From assembly GCA_035559535.1 (NCBI GenBank), contig DATMBG010000035.1, positions 1 to 64,000 of the forward strand: DNA of 64,000 nucleotides, read 5' to 3'. The notes beneath the pieces are model-generated. The model had not been told where the DNA came from, did not search any database, and saw nothing but the letters and a program-made list of their open reading frames with translations. The DNA is from Candidatus Limnocylindrales bacterium (lineage in GTDB: Bacteria > Moduliflexota > Moduliflexia > Moduliflexales > JAUQPW01). Positions 1 through 9,371 of this stretch are shown here, piece after piece (position 1 is the first letter of the stretch; each line of letters opens with the position of its first letter). The translations under genes and the position numbers were made by a program.

Positions 1-132
1 TATGAGTACAGGGACTATCGGCCGGCGGATCGTGGGAAGAGGTTGCAGATGAATATTCCTTTGATGGGGGATTCGATAGGGGTGGAGTTTGATGAGTTAT
101 TGAACCGGAAAACATCCGATATGAAACGATAA
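1..132 (+). CDS. 3' end of a GT-C (ArnT/PMT-like) glycosyltransferase, paralog of the next gene (partial)
   Basis: Frame 1 reads YEYRDYRPADRGKRLQMNIPLMGDSIGVEFDELLNRKTSDMKR*, aligning with the C-terminus of 189..1847 (YEYKDYTPPKKGKMISLDIPLMGDSISVRLDDLL). Confidence 0.8.
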   Translation, partial: YEYRDYRPADRGKRLQMNIPLMGDSIGVEFDELLNRKTSDMKR

Positions 133-188
133 AAGCCAATCTACATGGGATTCTCATAGGTCTTCTAAACATTCTGGAGATTTAAGAT

Positions 189-1847
189 ATGAAAGTGAAT
201 TTAACAACTTTCCCTGGAAAACAAAACCGTCTGGCTCGGGTAATTTTTTGTATTGTTGTCCTGTATGTTGGAGTATTTCTTCTATCCACGAAGGGAATAA
301 CCAGCGAGGGGACCGTCTCTTTACAGGGGGATATGCCAAGATATTTGATGAATGGGACCTATTTTTATGACCTGATCAGATATTTCCCCCTGGGCCATAT
401 AACGGAATATACTTACCAATATTATGCCAGATACCCGGCACTCTCTTTGGGGCATCATCCCTTGCTGCCGGGGGCTGCCACGGTCCCTTTTTATTCCCTT
501 TTGGGAATTTCCATCTTTTCCGCAAGATGGAGTACGGTCTTCTTTATGCTCCTGGGCGTTACTTTTTGGTTTTTTCTGATAAGATTCCTCTACGGTGATC
601 AGATCGCTTTTTTTTCCTCTCTCCTATGGGTGACAACTCCCTTTATTGTGAGTTTCTCACGGATCGTCATGTCTGAAATTCCTACCTTAGCACTCATTAT
701 TGCGACAGTATATTTCTTTTTTCGTTACTGTGAACAAGATAAGCCCATATATGCCTTTGCATTTGCCGTTAGTTTTGCTCTCAGTATTTATGCGAAGCAT
801 CTCGCAGGTCTCATGCTTCCTATTTTTATTGTTTATCTATGGTGGTTAAAGGGAGTAAAAAAGCTGCTAAGCAAAGAGATGATCCTTTCAGGGAGTTTCA
901 TTATCCTGTTGCTCGTACCTCTTATTCCCCTGACCCTTAAATTTTCTCAGGCCTCCGTGGCTCTGGTTACCGATCAAACCCTGTTTTCCAGATTGGAGTC
1001 GTTTAATATCCTCTATCACCTTAAAGCCCTCTGGCAGTATCACCTCACACTACCAGTCCTCTTCCTCAGCTTGATTTCTATGGGGGCCGCCATCTATCGA
1101 AAAGACCCCCGGGAGACTTTTTTCTTTTTATGGATAGCAGGTTATTACCTTCAAATTACTTTCATGGGAGTCCATGAACCCAGGTTTTCTATTTACTGGA
1201 TACCGGTTTTTTGTCTTTTTGCCACGACAATCCTGTGTCTCCCGCAAGATCGCCTCTGGAAGATCCTCCTTTCCACCCTGCTTGTCGGAATAGTCGGTTA
1301 TCAATTTGTAGTTGCTTTTAAATCAGAACCTGAATATGCAGAGGGTTATGAAGAGGCTGCAAAATACGTTATTGAAAACAGGAAAGGGGAAAGTGTGTTA
1401 TTCAGTGCCAATGTGGATACCGGATACTTTGTATTTTTTATCAGGAAGCAGGATCCGGATCAAGATTTGATTGTACTTCGGGCCGACAAAATCCTGGCGA
1501 CTTCCAAAATGGATCAGATTGTTGAAGAACGAGTTACCAGCCGGGAGCAGATTTATGAGGTTCTTCAAGACTTCGGCATAGGGTATGTGGTATTGGAAGA
1601 CAAGGAATACGAGTCTCCTTCTTTAGAGTGGTTACGGGAAGAAGTTAAAACCGATCGGTTTATTTTGCATAAAAGAATACCCATCCGTACCAACAGCTAT
1701 AAGTTACAGGACGTTACTCTGGCCATTTATGAATATAAGGACTATACCCCTCCCAAGAAGGGAAAAATGATATCCCTGGACATTCCTCTCATGGGGGATT
1801 CTATTTCAGTCCGGCTGGATGATCTGCTTTGTCATCGACCTCTCTAA
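189..1847 (+). CDS. GT-C fold membrane glycosyltransferase (ArnT/GT83/GT39 PMT-like)
   Basis: 552 aa polytopic membrane protein; loop GDMPRY, HHPLL, SRIVMSEIP, YAKH, EPRF motifs; soluble C-terminal domain. Confidence 0.8.
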   Translation: MKVNLTTFPGKQNRLARVIFCIVVLYVGVFLLSTKGITSEGTVSLQGDMPRYLMNGTYFYDLIRYFPLGHITEYTYQYYARYPALSLGHHPLLPGAATVPFYSLLGISIFSARWSTVFFMLLGVTFWFFLIRFLYGDQIAFFSSLLWVTTPFIVSFSRIVMSEIPTLALIIATVYFFFRYCEQDKPIYAFAFAVSFALSIYAKHLAGLMLPIFIVYLWWLKGVKKLLSKEMILSGSFIILLLVPLIPLTLKFSQASVALVTDQTLFSRLESFNILYHLKALWQYHLTLPVLFLSLISMGAAIYRKDPRETFFFLWIAGYYLQITFMGVHEPRFSIYWIPVFCLFATTILCLPQDRLWKILLSTLLVGIVGYQFVVAFKSEPEYAEGYEEAAKYVIENRKGESVLFSANVDTGYFVFFIRKQDPDQDLIVLRADKILATSKMDQIVEERVTSREQIYEVLQDFGIGYVVLEDKEYESPSLEWLREEVKTDRFILHKRIPIRTNSYKLQDVTLAIYEYKDYTPPKKGKMISLDIPLMGDSISVRLDDLLCHRPL

Positions 1848-2291
1848 AAGATCTTGAAATTCTTTGCGGCGGTATGGAAAGACAGTTAATGTAAAAAAGC
1901 TTGATCCTGGAAACGCGAGTCTCTGGTCCCCCTCACCCTTCACCTACCCCTGCAAGGGGCAGGATGGGCGGCGCCTCTTGCTCCATCACTCAAAATTGGA
2001 TAAATTCCCTTACATTTTTCTTGACAGATAATTAACATACGTATATTAATATCACAGCCTTGAAATCCTCCTATTCATGGGGTTCTTTGACACATTGAAA
2101 AATCTCAGTTCAGATTTATCCCGGAATTCAGTGCGTGGCGGGGGATTGATTTGAAATTTACGTTTATTAATTCAGGAAAAAGGATGTTTAAAAAACTACC
2201 CGGGGACTCCTCAGGGGATGCTTTTAGGAAGCCCATTCCAGGAGGGAAGATCCCTCATACAACGGATAGGAATTTTTAGAGGAGAAGACCT

Positions 2292-3107
2292 ATGTCCAGA
2301 AAAAAGACATTAGCCGATCTAGACGATGAATATTTTAAACTTTTATTTCCAGATTCCCTCTCCCAACGACTGCCTCAACTCTCCCAGATGGAACTCCTGA
2401 TCCATCTTCAGCAAATAGATCGGGAGTTGTATGATTTTCGTCGAGGTCTTCGTATTCTGGATCAGAACATCCTGCAAGCCAGGAATAGACTTCTAAAATT
2501 AAGATTTAAACGGGCGCGAGTCCTCCAAATTCAGCGTAAATTAAAGAAAAAACTCTCCTCCCTCCAGAGTCGAATCCGAGAAGTCAAACATCTTTTAGAA
2601 GACCCTTCCCGGCAGGATCCGGCCTTGTTGATTGCCAAATTAAATACCCTTAAAGCCCATAAGTTAAAATTCAAAGAAGCCTTACATCCCATTGAAGAAA
2701 GGCGAATCCGTTTAAGGGAACGGTTTCGGAAGGTCAAGGATCTCCTTAAAACCTGGCAGGAAGATCGCAAAAAAATGCGACGGATGTTCAAAGAACGCCA
2801 GGGTGGGTTAGAAGCTCAACGGGCAGCCCTTCAAAAATTTGTAGATGCCTCTGTCATGCGATCCTATGAAAAATTACTCCAGCGTTATGACGGTCAGGCT
2901 GTCGTAAGGGTCACAGAGGGAGTTTGCCAGGGTTGCCATACCATGATTCCATCCTGTGTGGTGAGTTCTCTCATTGGAAAACGGATCGTGGTTTGTGAAG
3001 TCTGTCAGCGATTTTTATATTTTATAGCCACACCTTTAGAACCTATTATCGATTTAAATGAGCTGGCCGTCGAAGAGCCTCGAAGGGTAAGGTTTCACGC
3101 ACCCTAA
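2292..3107 (+). CDS. Coiled-coil protein with C-terminal C4 zinc ribbon (DUF164/CT398-like)
   Basis: Long basic helical region followed by YEKL...GVCQGCHTMIP...IVVCEVCQRFLY; AGGAG RBS upstream. Confidence 0.75.
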   Translation: MSRKKTLADLDDEYFKLLFPDSLSQRLPQLSQMELLIHLQQIDRELYDFRRGLRILDQNILQARNRLLKLRFKRARVLQIQRKLKKKLSSLQSRIREVKHLLEDPSRQDPALLIAKLNTLKAHKLKFKEALHPIEERRIRLRERFRKVKDLLKTWQEDRKKMRRMFKERQGGLEAQRAALQKFVDASVMRSYEKLLQRYDGQAVVRVTEGVCQGCHTMIPSCVVSSLIGKRIVVCEVCQRFLYFIATPLEPIIDLNELAVEEPRRVRFHAP

Positions 3108-3155
3108 GTTTTTAACCCTTGACAAGGAACCCTAGATCAATCATCCTTAATAAGG

Positions 3156-4724
3156 ATGAGTCAGGAAATGTTTTCGCCCATTAAAATAGAACTTTATAAG
3201 AATCAATTCTGGGCCATCGCCGAGGAGATGGGAGTAACCCTTTGTCGGACCGGGTATTCTCCCAATATTAAAGAGCGTCGGGATTATTCCTGTGCCCTTT
3301 TCGATCATCGGGGGGAGATGATCGCCCAGGCGGATCACATGCCGGTTCATCTGGGGTCTATGCCTTTATCGGTGTTGAGTGCCATTGAAAATTTTGATTT
3401 CTTCCCAGGAGATGTGGTCATTCTCAATGATTCCTATCGGGGAGGAACACATCTGCCGGATATTACCCTGGTCACCCCTATTTTCTTCGAAGACAAATTG
3501 TTCGGATTCTCGGCCAATCGTGCCCATCATGCCGATATCGGTGGGATGAGCCCAGGGTCTATGCCTCTTTCCCAAGAGCTTTTCCAGGAAGGCCTTATTA
3601 TCCCTCCCATCAAGCTTTATGAAAAGGGAGTACTCAATAAAGGAGTTCTAGACCTGATTCTGGCCAATGTTCGAACCCCTCAAGAACGTGAAGGCGATCT
3701 CCGGGCTCAAATTGCAGCCAATGAAATAGGAAAACGTCGAATCTTAGATATGCTCAACAAATACGGCTCCGCCGAAGTAACCGAATACATCAGTCACCTG
3801 AAAGCCTATTCAGAGCGAATGGTTCGAAATCTGATTGCAAAAATGCCCGATGGCGAATATACCTACGAAGATTTTTTAGACGATGACGGTATCACCGAGG
3901 ATCCCGTTAAAATTGCTGTAAAGATCACCATCCAGGGGGATCGGGCGAAGGTAGATTTCTCCGGGTCCTCCCCCCAGGTAAAAGGGTGTTTGAATTGTGT
4001 CTACGCCATTACCGTATCGGCGGTTTTTTATGTTTTTCGGCTATGTGTCAATGCGGATATTGCTTCCAATAGCGGTTGCCTGACCCCTATCGAAATCATA
4101 GCCCCCAGGGGAAGTATTGTCAATGCTGAACCCCCCCACGCCGTAGCAGGTGGAAATGTGGAAACCTCCCAGCGGATTGTCGACGTCCTCCTGGGAGCTC
4201 TATCCCAGGCCCTGCCAGACCGTATCCCTGCGGCCAGTTCCGGAACCATGAATAACCTCACCCTGGGGGGATATGATCCGAAAAGACGGCGCTACTACAC
4301 CTACTATGAAACCATCGCGGGGGGTATGGGGGCACGACCCGATCGAGATGGCCTTGACGGGATTCATACCCACATGACCAATACCATGAATACCCCCATT
4401 GAGGCTCTGGAATATGCTTATCCCTTTCGGGTGACTCGTTACCACATCCGGCGTGGAACCGGGGGGGCAGGACGTTATAAGGGAGGGGATGGAATCCGCC
4501 GGGATATCCAGGTCCTCCAGGAGGCCCACTTTACCATCCTCTCGGATCGAAGGAAGTTTGCCCCTTACGGTCTTCAAGGCGGGGAGCCCGGACAAAAGGG
4601 GGAAAACTACCTGATTCGAGATGACCAGGAAATACCCCTCCCCTCTAAATGCAGCCTAACCCTCAAAGCCAACGATATCGTGAGTATCCGAACCCCGGGT
4701 GGGGGTGGGTTTGGAAGAAAATGA
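3156..4724 (+). CDS. Hydantoinase B / 5-oxoprolinase beta-subunit family protein
   Basis: SPNIKERRDYSCA, HMPVHLGSM, GGTHLPD, AHHADIGG, ETIAGGMGA, TPGGGGFG motifs. Confidence 0.93.
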   Translation: MSQEMFSPIKIELYKNQFWAIAEEMGVTLCRTGYSPNIKERRDYSCALFDHRGEMIAQADHMPVHLGSMPLSVLSAIENFDFFPGDVVILNDSYRGGTHLPDITLVTPIFFEDKLFGFSANRAHHADIGGMSPGSMPLSQELFQEGLIIPPIKLYEKGVLNKGVLDLILANVRTPQEREGDLRAQIAANEIGKRRILDMLNKYGSAEVTEYISHLKAYSERMVRNLIAKMPDGEYTYEDFLDDDGITEDPVKIAVKITIQGDRAKVDFSGSSPQVKGCLNCVYAITVSAVFYVFRLCVNADIASNSGCLTPIEIIAPRGSIVNAEPPHAVAGGNVETSQRIVDVLLGALSQALPDRIPAASSGTMNNLTLGGYDPKRRRYYTYYETIAGGMGARPDRDGLDGIHTHMTNTMNTPIEALEYAYPFRVTRYHIRRGTGGAGRYKGGDGIRRDIQVLQEAHFTILSDRRKFAPYGLQGGEPGQKGENYLIRDDQEIPLPSKCSLTLKANDIVSIRTPGGGGFGRK

Positions 4725-4932
4725 AGTAGAAAATTTTTACATCCCCCAAATAGCTGAAAATTCCAGAAAAACAGAGGGTTATAAATAACAAGCTCCTCCA
4801 GGCTTCTTAGGTGTCGAAAATTTTTACACCCCTTTATCCCAAATACATCCTTCCCTCTTTAAAGGTTTGTCGGATCTTTTCGTCGAAGAGAGAGGTCCAA
4901 GCTGAAAATATCTCCTGTCGAAATTTTTTACA
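4725..4932. promoter_or_regulatory. Three copies of a 17-bp TGT-N11-ACA type box (candidate sigma54 activator binding sites)
   Basis: AGTAGAAAATTTTTACA (4725-4741), TGTCGAAAATTTTTACA (4812-4828), TGTCGAAATTTTTTACA (4916-4932). Confidence 0.55.
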
Positions 4933-5214
4933 GCAGGAACTTTGAAGCGAAGTTTCTTCCTCTGCCCCCCCGTGGACGGGGGGAGTCGGGAGGGGGGACC
5001 GGGTGGGGGCGCCTTATCCTGGTGCCTATGCCCAAGTTCTCCCTTCCCATGTCGGGAAGGGAGTCAGGGGGTCAGGTTAGAAAAAATTACCCCCGAAAGA
5101 GAAGGGGAAAAGGGGCCAACGATCCGACCCCTTAAGCCCACATTAAGGCAAAAAAGATCTACTTTCTTCCATATAGATCTTTTTTCTTATTTCTTAGATG
5201 AGAGTCCGGAGGAT

Positions 5215-5820
5215 TTAGCTCAACAACTTTTTCCCCAGGCCTAGCATTCCTGCCAGCCCGCTTGCAACAAGCAGTAAGGTTGCAGGCTCGGGAACAGGCG
5301 CATAGGACACAGAGGTTCCAACCGTATTACTGCTGATTAAATTATATGTGTTAAAACCCGGCGGATCCGTAGACTGAAAGAAAAAGTCTATGCTGGTCGC
5401 AGAGTTAAAATTATTTGTATTCATATTCCAACTCAGGGTTCCATTGGAATTTTGGGTTATAGTAATGTTGTTCGAGCCTACACCGGCTGAATTGGCCCCA
5501 CTGAAACTGAATCCGGCAACTCCGTTCCACCCTGAGGGGACAAAATTTGTGTTAAATTCTGAAACAGAATCAACCCCCGGAGTAACTCCCTCCACGTAGG
5601 TATAAATGCCCGGATTTGGATTATAATAAACCGTGTTGGTGGTACTACCTATGCTATTTCCACTGGAATTGATAAAGCTGCCGGTGATGGGTCCCGCAAA
5701 CAAAGAACCCGGCATAACGGTATCCAGATCAGTAGGCGTAATAGGAACGGCCTCTACGTGATAACTCCCTGCGAGGATAAATAAAGTCAATAAAAGTAAT
5801 ACTGGGAAGATTTTCTTCAT
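5215..5820 (-). CDS. PEP-CTERM sorting domain protein
   Basis: Signal peptide MKKIFPVLLLLTLFILAGSYHVEA (likely start 5820), S/T/N-rich body, C-terminal VPEPATLLLVASGLAGMLGLGKK. Confidence 0.92.
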   Translation of the reverse strand: MKKIFPVLLLLTLFILAGSYHVEAVPITPTDLDTVMPGSLFAGPITGSFINSSGNSIGSTTNTVYYNPNPGIYTYVEGVTPGVDSVSEFNTNFVPSGWNGVAGFSFSGANSAGVGSNNITITQNSNGTLSWNMNTNNFNSATSIDFFFQSTDPPGFNTYNLISSNTVGTSVSYAPVPEPATLLLVASGLAGMLGLGKKLLS

Positions 5821-5922
5821 AGAGCTGTATCTCCTCTCAACATGATCCAACTGAAGAAAATAAGACTATATTTTCTAGATTAAGACCATCTACTTAACCA
5901 ACTTCTTATGCTCCTTACCGCT

Positions 5923-5938
5923 ATCAAATTTTGTGCCA
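5923..5938 (-). promoter_or_regulatory. Candidate sigma54 promoter of the PEP-CTERM gene
   Basis: Minus strand TGGCACAAAATTTGAT: consensus -24 TGGCAC, but GA instead of GC at -12. Confidence 0.5.
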
Positions 5939-5978
5939 TTACAGTTGGTAATAAACGTATACTTTATACCCTTATAAG

Positions 5979-7442
5979 TTAAAGATTACCATTCATCTTC
6001 ACCCAGGATAAAATTCTGGGAAAGAGAGGGGAATTCTCTAAATGCAGAGAATACAGACGGACAAAACAGAAGAGCAGGCCGGCTGCCATACCCAGCCATA
6101 TCATTCCACGACATAGTAAAGCAAAGGGTTCTGGTACATGGATCCAGTTACTCCACCAGGCGGTCACACAGAGACCCAGGATGCTGAGGGTGATTAAGTT
6201 CCAGTTATGTTTAAAGGGAGCTATCCGCCGGCAGGCATACAGGACCAGAGCCACCAGTAGAATAAACGAAGCCAGGGTAGCGGTTATGGCTCCCCAGACC
6301 TGGTAGCGAGGAATAAGCCAGAAATTGAATAACAGACAGGCCCCTGCAGCCAAAGCGTTGGCAACGGCAAAAAGATCGGTTCGTTTGGCCAGACGGGCAG
6401 AAATACTTAACGGGGTCGTAGCGGTAAAAAACCAATAAGCAAGGGACAAAACAGGTACATACGGAGCCGCTTTCCAGAAAGAAGGCGCAGCGATCAGACG
6501 GATGATCGGATCGGCAAACAGGCTTACACCGGCACAAATCAAGGCAGAAAGTACCAAAACAAGGGAAGCCCCTTTTTGTAGTTCTTTCTCTGCATTTGAG
6601 CGAGAAGCAACCCGAAACACCCAGGGCCACCAGGCCCAATTCAGTGCATTGAACATTTCACTCCCCAACATCCCCAGTCGATAGGCCAGGGAGTACAGGC
6701 CGATTTCGGTTGTACTGGTATAATGTACCAAAAAGAAACGATCGCTAAAGTGAAGCAGAAATTGAGCCAGAGCGGCAGGTACCAGGGGTAAACCGTATTT
6801 AAAGAGGGGAGGGATCCATCGCCCTTCTAACTTCCACCCCACAGAACTCAGGACATAGAGAATAAGGACGGTACTCCAGAACACGCCATTAATCAAAATG
6901 CTCAAGACCACACCCCATACCCCCTCCTGTAACCAGACCACAAATATAATATTCAGGGTCAATTGAAAGATCAGTTGAAGCAGGGATATAACCGTAAAAC
7001 GCCAGGCTTTCCCTTCGGCTCGAAATAGGGTGAGGGGAAGGGGGATAAGGTTCCCGATCATCATTCCCACCAGGGCCACCCTGACATAGGGGACCTGGTC
7101 TAAGTTTCCAAAAAGAAGATAAGTTAACCCGGGGATTATCGGCTGGAGAAGTAAAATCCCGGCTATTATAACCCCTACCATCAGAATAAGGGTTGTGGAG
7201 ACCAGCGCCTGGCGCTCCCTTTCATCCTTTACTTCATGGTAATGGCGTAAGAGGGCTTCACTCATACCCAAAGCAAGGAGAATACTTAAAATATCCACTA
7301 ACCGCACAATGGTTTCAATCACCCCATAATCTGAAGGCGTCAGCACGCGGGTATATACCGGAATCATCAGGAAACCGACCAAACGACTCAGGATGATTCC
7401 CACGGCGTAAACGGCAGAATTCTTAAATAAAATCTGTAACAT
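5979..7442 (-). CDS. wzx: Wzx-type oligosaccharide flippase
   Basis: KNSAVYAVG, LMIPVYTRVLTPSDYG, YGLPLVP, SDRFFL, IGLYSLAYRLG; many TM helices. Confidence 0.88.
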   Translation of the reverse strand: MLQILFKNSAVYAVGIILSRLVGFLMIPVYTRVLTPSDYGVIETIVRLVDILSILLALGMSEALLRHYHEVKDERERQALVSTTLILMVGVIIAGILLLQPIIPGLTYLLFGNLDQVPYVRVALVGMMIGNLIPLPLTLFRAEGKAWRFTVISLLQLIFQLTLNIIFVVWLQEGVWGVVLSILINGVFWSTVLILYVLSSVGWKLEGRWIPPLFKYGLPLVPAALAQFLLHFSDRFFLVHYTSTTEIGLYSLAYRLGMLGSEMFNALNWAWWPWVFRVASRSNAEKELQKGASLVLVLSALICAGVSLFADPIIRLIAAPSFWKAAPYVPVLSLAYWFFTATTPLSISARLAKRTDLFAVANALAAGACLLFNFWLIPRYQVWGAITATLASFILLVALVLYACRRIAPFKHNWNLITLSILGLCVTAWWSNWIHVPEPFALLCRGMIWLGMAAGLLFCFVRLYSLHLENSPLFPRILSWVKMNGNL

Positions 7443-7489
7443 ACCTTGTCCTTAACGAGGATCAGGTTCTGTGATGGCAGAAGTACCCG

Positions 7490-8713
7490 TTAGAAATAAG
7501 AGACCTGTTCGGTTCTTTTGAGAGGTTTTCGGCAAATGGCTTCAAAGACTTCAACGACTTTTTTAGCTTTACGCGCCCAGCTCTGTTGCCGGGCATAGAG
7601 AACAATTTTCTCGGTATCCCATTTTGTTTTTAACCCCTGCCCAATCCCTGCTGCAATGGCTTCGACCTCCCGTTCAGGGATAAGAAGCCCATAATCGGGT
7701 GCGCAGATAATTTCAGGAATTCCCCCCACCCGGGTCGCTACCACCGGCACCCCACAGGCAAGCGCTTCCAGGCAAACATTGGGACAACCCTCCCGAGAAC
7801 TTACTAAACAAAACAAATCGGCCGCATTGTACCAAACCCGAAGCTCATGGGGTGGTCTAGATCCGGCCAGCAAAACATACCGTTCAAGTCCTTGTTCGGT
7901 TATTCTTTTCTCCAAATAAGCTCTGAAATTTCCCCTCTCAGCCTCTCCCCCCACAATAACCAGGAGAAGATCCTCCCCAAACCTTTTAACCAAACTTCCC
8001 ATGGCCTCTATCAATAAATGAAACCCTTTTAACTCGGTCAACCGGCCTACAGAGAGAAGGATTTTTTTATCTGTGGGGAGATGTAGGGTCTTTCTTGCCA
8101 CCCGTCGGTCCATGGGAAAAAAGGTGGCTAAGTCTACCCCATTGGGGATCACGGTAATGTTCTCTTCAGGAACTCCCAGGCGAACGGTTGCTTCCTTGAG
8201 GGACCTCGAAACGGCAATTACACGATTTGCCCTGGAAAGAGCCTTGTAAATGAGCCGACGGCGTAGAGGATCCTGGGCCAAGACATTGATATCACTACCC
8301 CGAATGGTTACCGTATAAGGCTTATTAAAAGCACGGGACATCAAATAGCCGGCATACCCATCTGGGTAGGCATAATGAACATCCAGAAGATCAAAGGGAA
8401 AATAACGCTGTAGTTTCTTGCACGCAGCATAAGCGCTTAGGAATAACCCCCAACCATCTAACCCCTTGCCTATTTTAGGTATAAAGAAAAAAGGTGGGTG
8501 ATAGACCTGCAACTTGCCTATCCATTCTTTATATCTAACTTCGGAAGAAGGACCGTAACTTCTGGATGGCCGAAGGGATGAAAACCAGGGGATGGGGGCC
8601 ACCACCTCTACCTGACAATACTCGGCAACGGCTTCCATCCGTGCTTTAACAAAAAGTCCATGGAGGGGAGAACCATAACTGGGAAAAAGGGTCGTAAAGG
8701 TAAGAATTCTCAC
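7490..8713 (-). CDS. GT4 family glycosyltransferase
   Basis: HYAYPDG, RGSDIN, IPNGVD, SVGRLTELKG, EGCPNVCLEALACGVPVV; GGAGG RBS. Confidence 0.9.
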   Translation of the reverse strand: MRILTFTTLFPSYGSPLHGLFVKARMEAVAEYCQVEVVAPIPWFSSLRPSRSYGPSSEVRYKEWIGKLQVYHPPFFFIPKIGKGLDGWGLFLSAYAACKKLQRYFPFDLLDVHYAYPDGYAGYLMSRAFNKPYTVTIRGSDINVLAQDPLRRRLIYKALSRANRVIAVSRSLKEATVRLGVPEENITVIPNGVDLATFFPMDRRVARKTLHLPTDKKILLSVGRLTELKGFHLLIEAMGSLVKRFGEDLLLVIVGGEAERGNFRAYLEKRITEQGLERYVLLAGSRPPHELRVWYNAADLFCLVSSREGCPNVCLEALACGVPVVATRVGGIPEIICAPDYGLLIPEREVEAIAAGIGQGLKTKWDTEKIVLYARQQSWARKAKKVVEVFEAICRKPLKRTEQVSYF

Positions 8714-8922
8714 GCTAATACCTCCTTTTATACTGAAAAGATAAAATACTATCCTAAAATGATATTTTTAGCTATTTCCAGCTATTTTAGCCCATTTTAT
8801 TGGATAAGATTTAAAATTTCTTCAAAAACCTTGGATTAAAATTTTGAATCTATTAAGATAAAGTAATATATTTTTATTATTTTTAACTATTTTTTCATTT
8901 AATGTATAATAAAAACTATTAT

Positions 8923-8938
8923 AGCATATTTTATACCA
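8923..8938 (-). promoter_or_regulatory. Candidate sigma54 promoter for GT4-wzx
   Basis: Minus strand TGGTATAAAATATGCT (GG-N10-GC) in an AT-rich spacer about 210 bp upstream of the GT4 start. Confidence 0.55.
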
Positions 8939-9239
8939 TAATCTCAAAAGAGATTTAGTTAGGATATTTAGTATTAAAATAAGAAATAAAATATAAAAAA
9001 GAGTCATATGTTAAAGGATTAATTTGGGATAAACGTAAGCAAAAAGAGGTTTTTAGAAGACTGGATAAAGGAAGAGGTAGGCTTTCAGCCGTAGAGAAAA
9101 CTCACCCCTTGGGGTTTTGGAGAGGCTTCCCTCCTCCAGAGATCCCACAGGGGATACTGGGACGAGCTGCGGGAAGTATTCCGTTCAGATGTAAACTCAC
9201 ACCTTTTTTAGCCAAAAATTCTCAAAAATTCTAATATCC

Positions 9240-9371
9240 TGTTACCTTAATTTTGACCTCCTAGGGTTGCTTTCACCCTCAACTCCCCTCCCTCAGCCCT
9301 TCCCCCTTTCCTCCCCGCATGCGGGGAGGAAAGGGGGAAGGGCTACTTAAAAGTTAAACAAAACTAAAGTA
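9240..9371. mobile_element. MITE-like element, family A
   Basis: Starts TGTTACCTTAATTTTG, ends CAAAACTAAAGT; first ~50 bp are a near reverse complement of 38331-38381; internal GC-rich hairpin. Confidence 0.6.

Noticed and set aside
4942-5244. 100-aa ORF (also the ORFs at 21484-21915 and 38492-38827)
   Set aside because: They translate REP/MITE hairpin DNA, with no recognisable domain
8822-9007. 61-aa AT-rich ORF
   Set aside because: Low-complexity translation of a promoter region that overlaps the candidate sigma54 site
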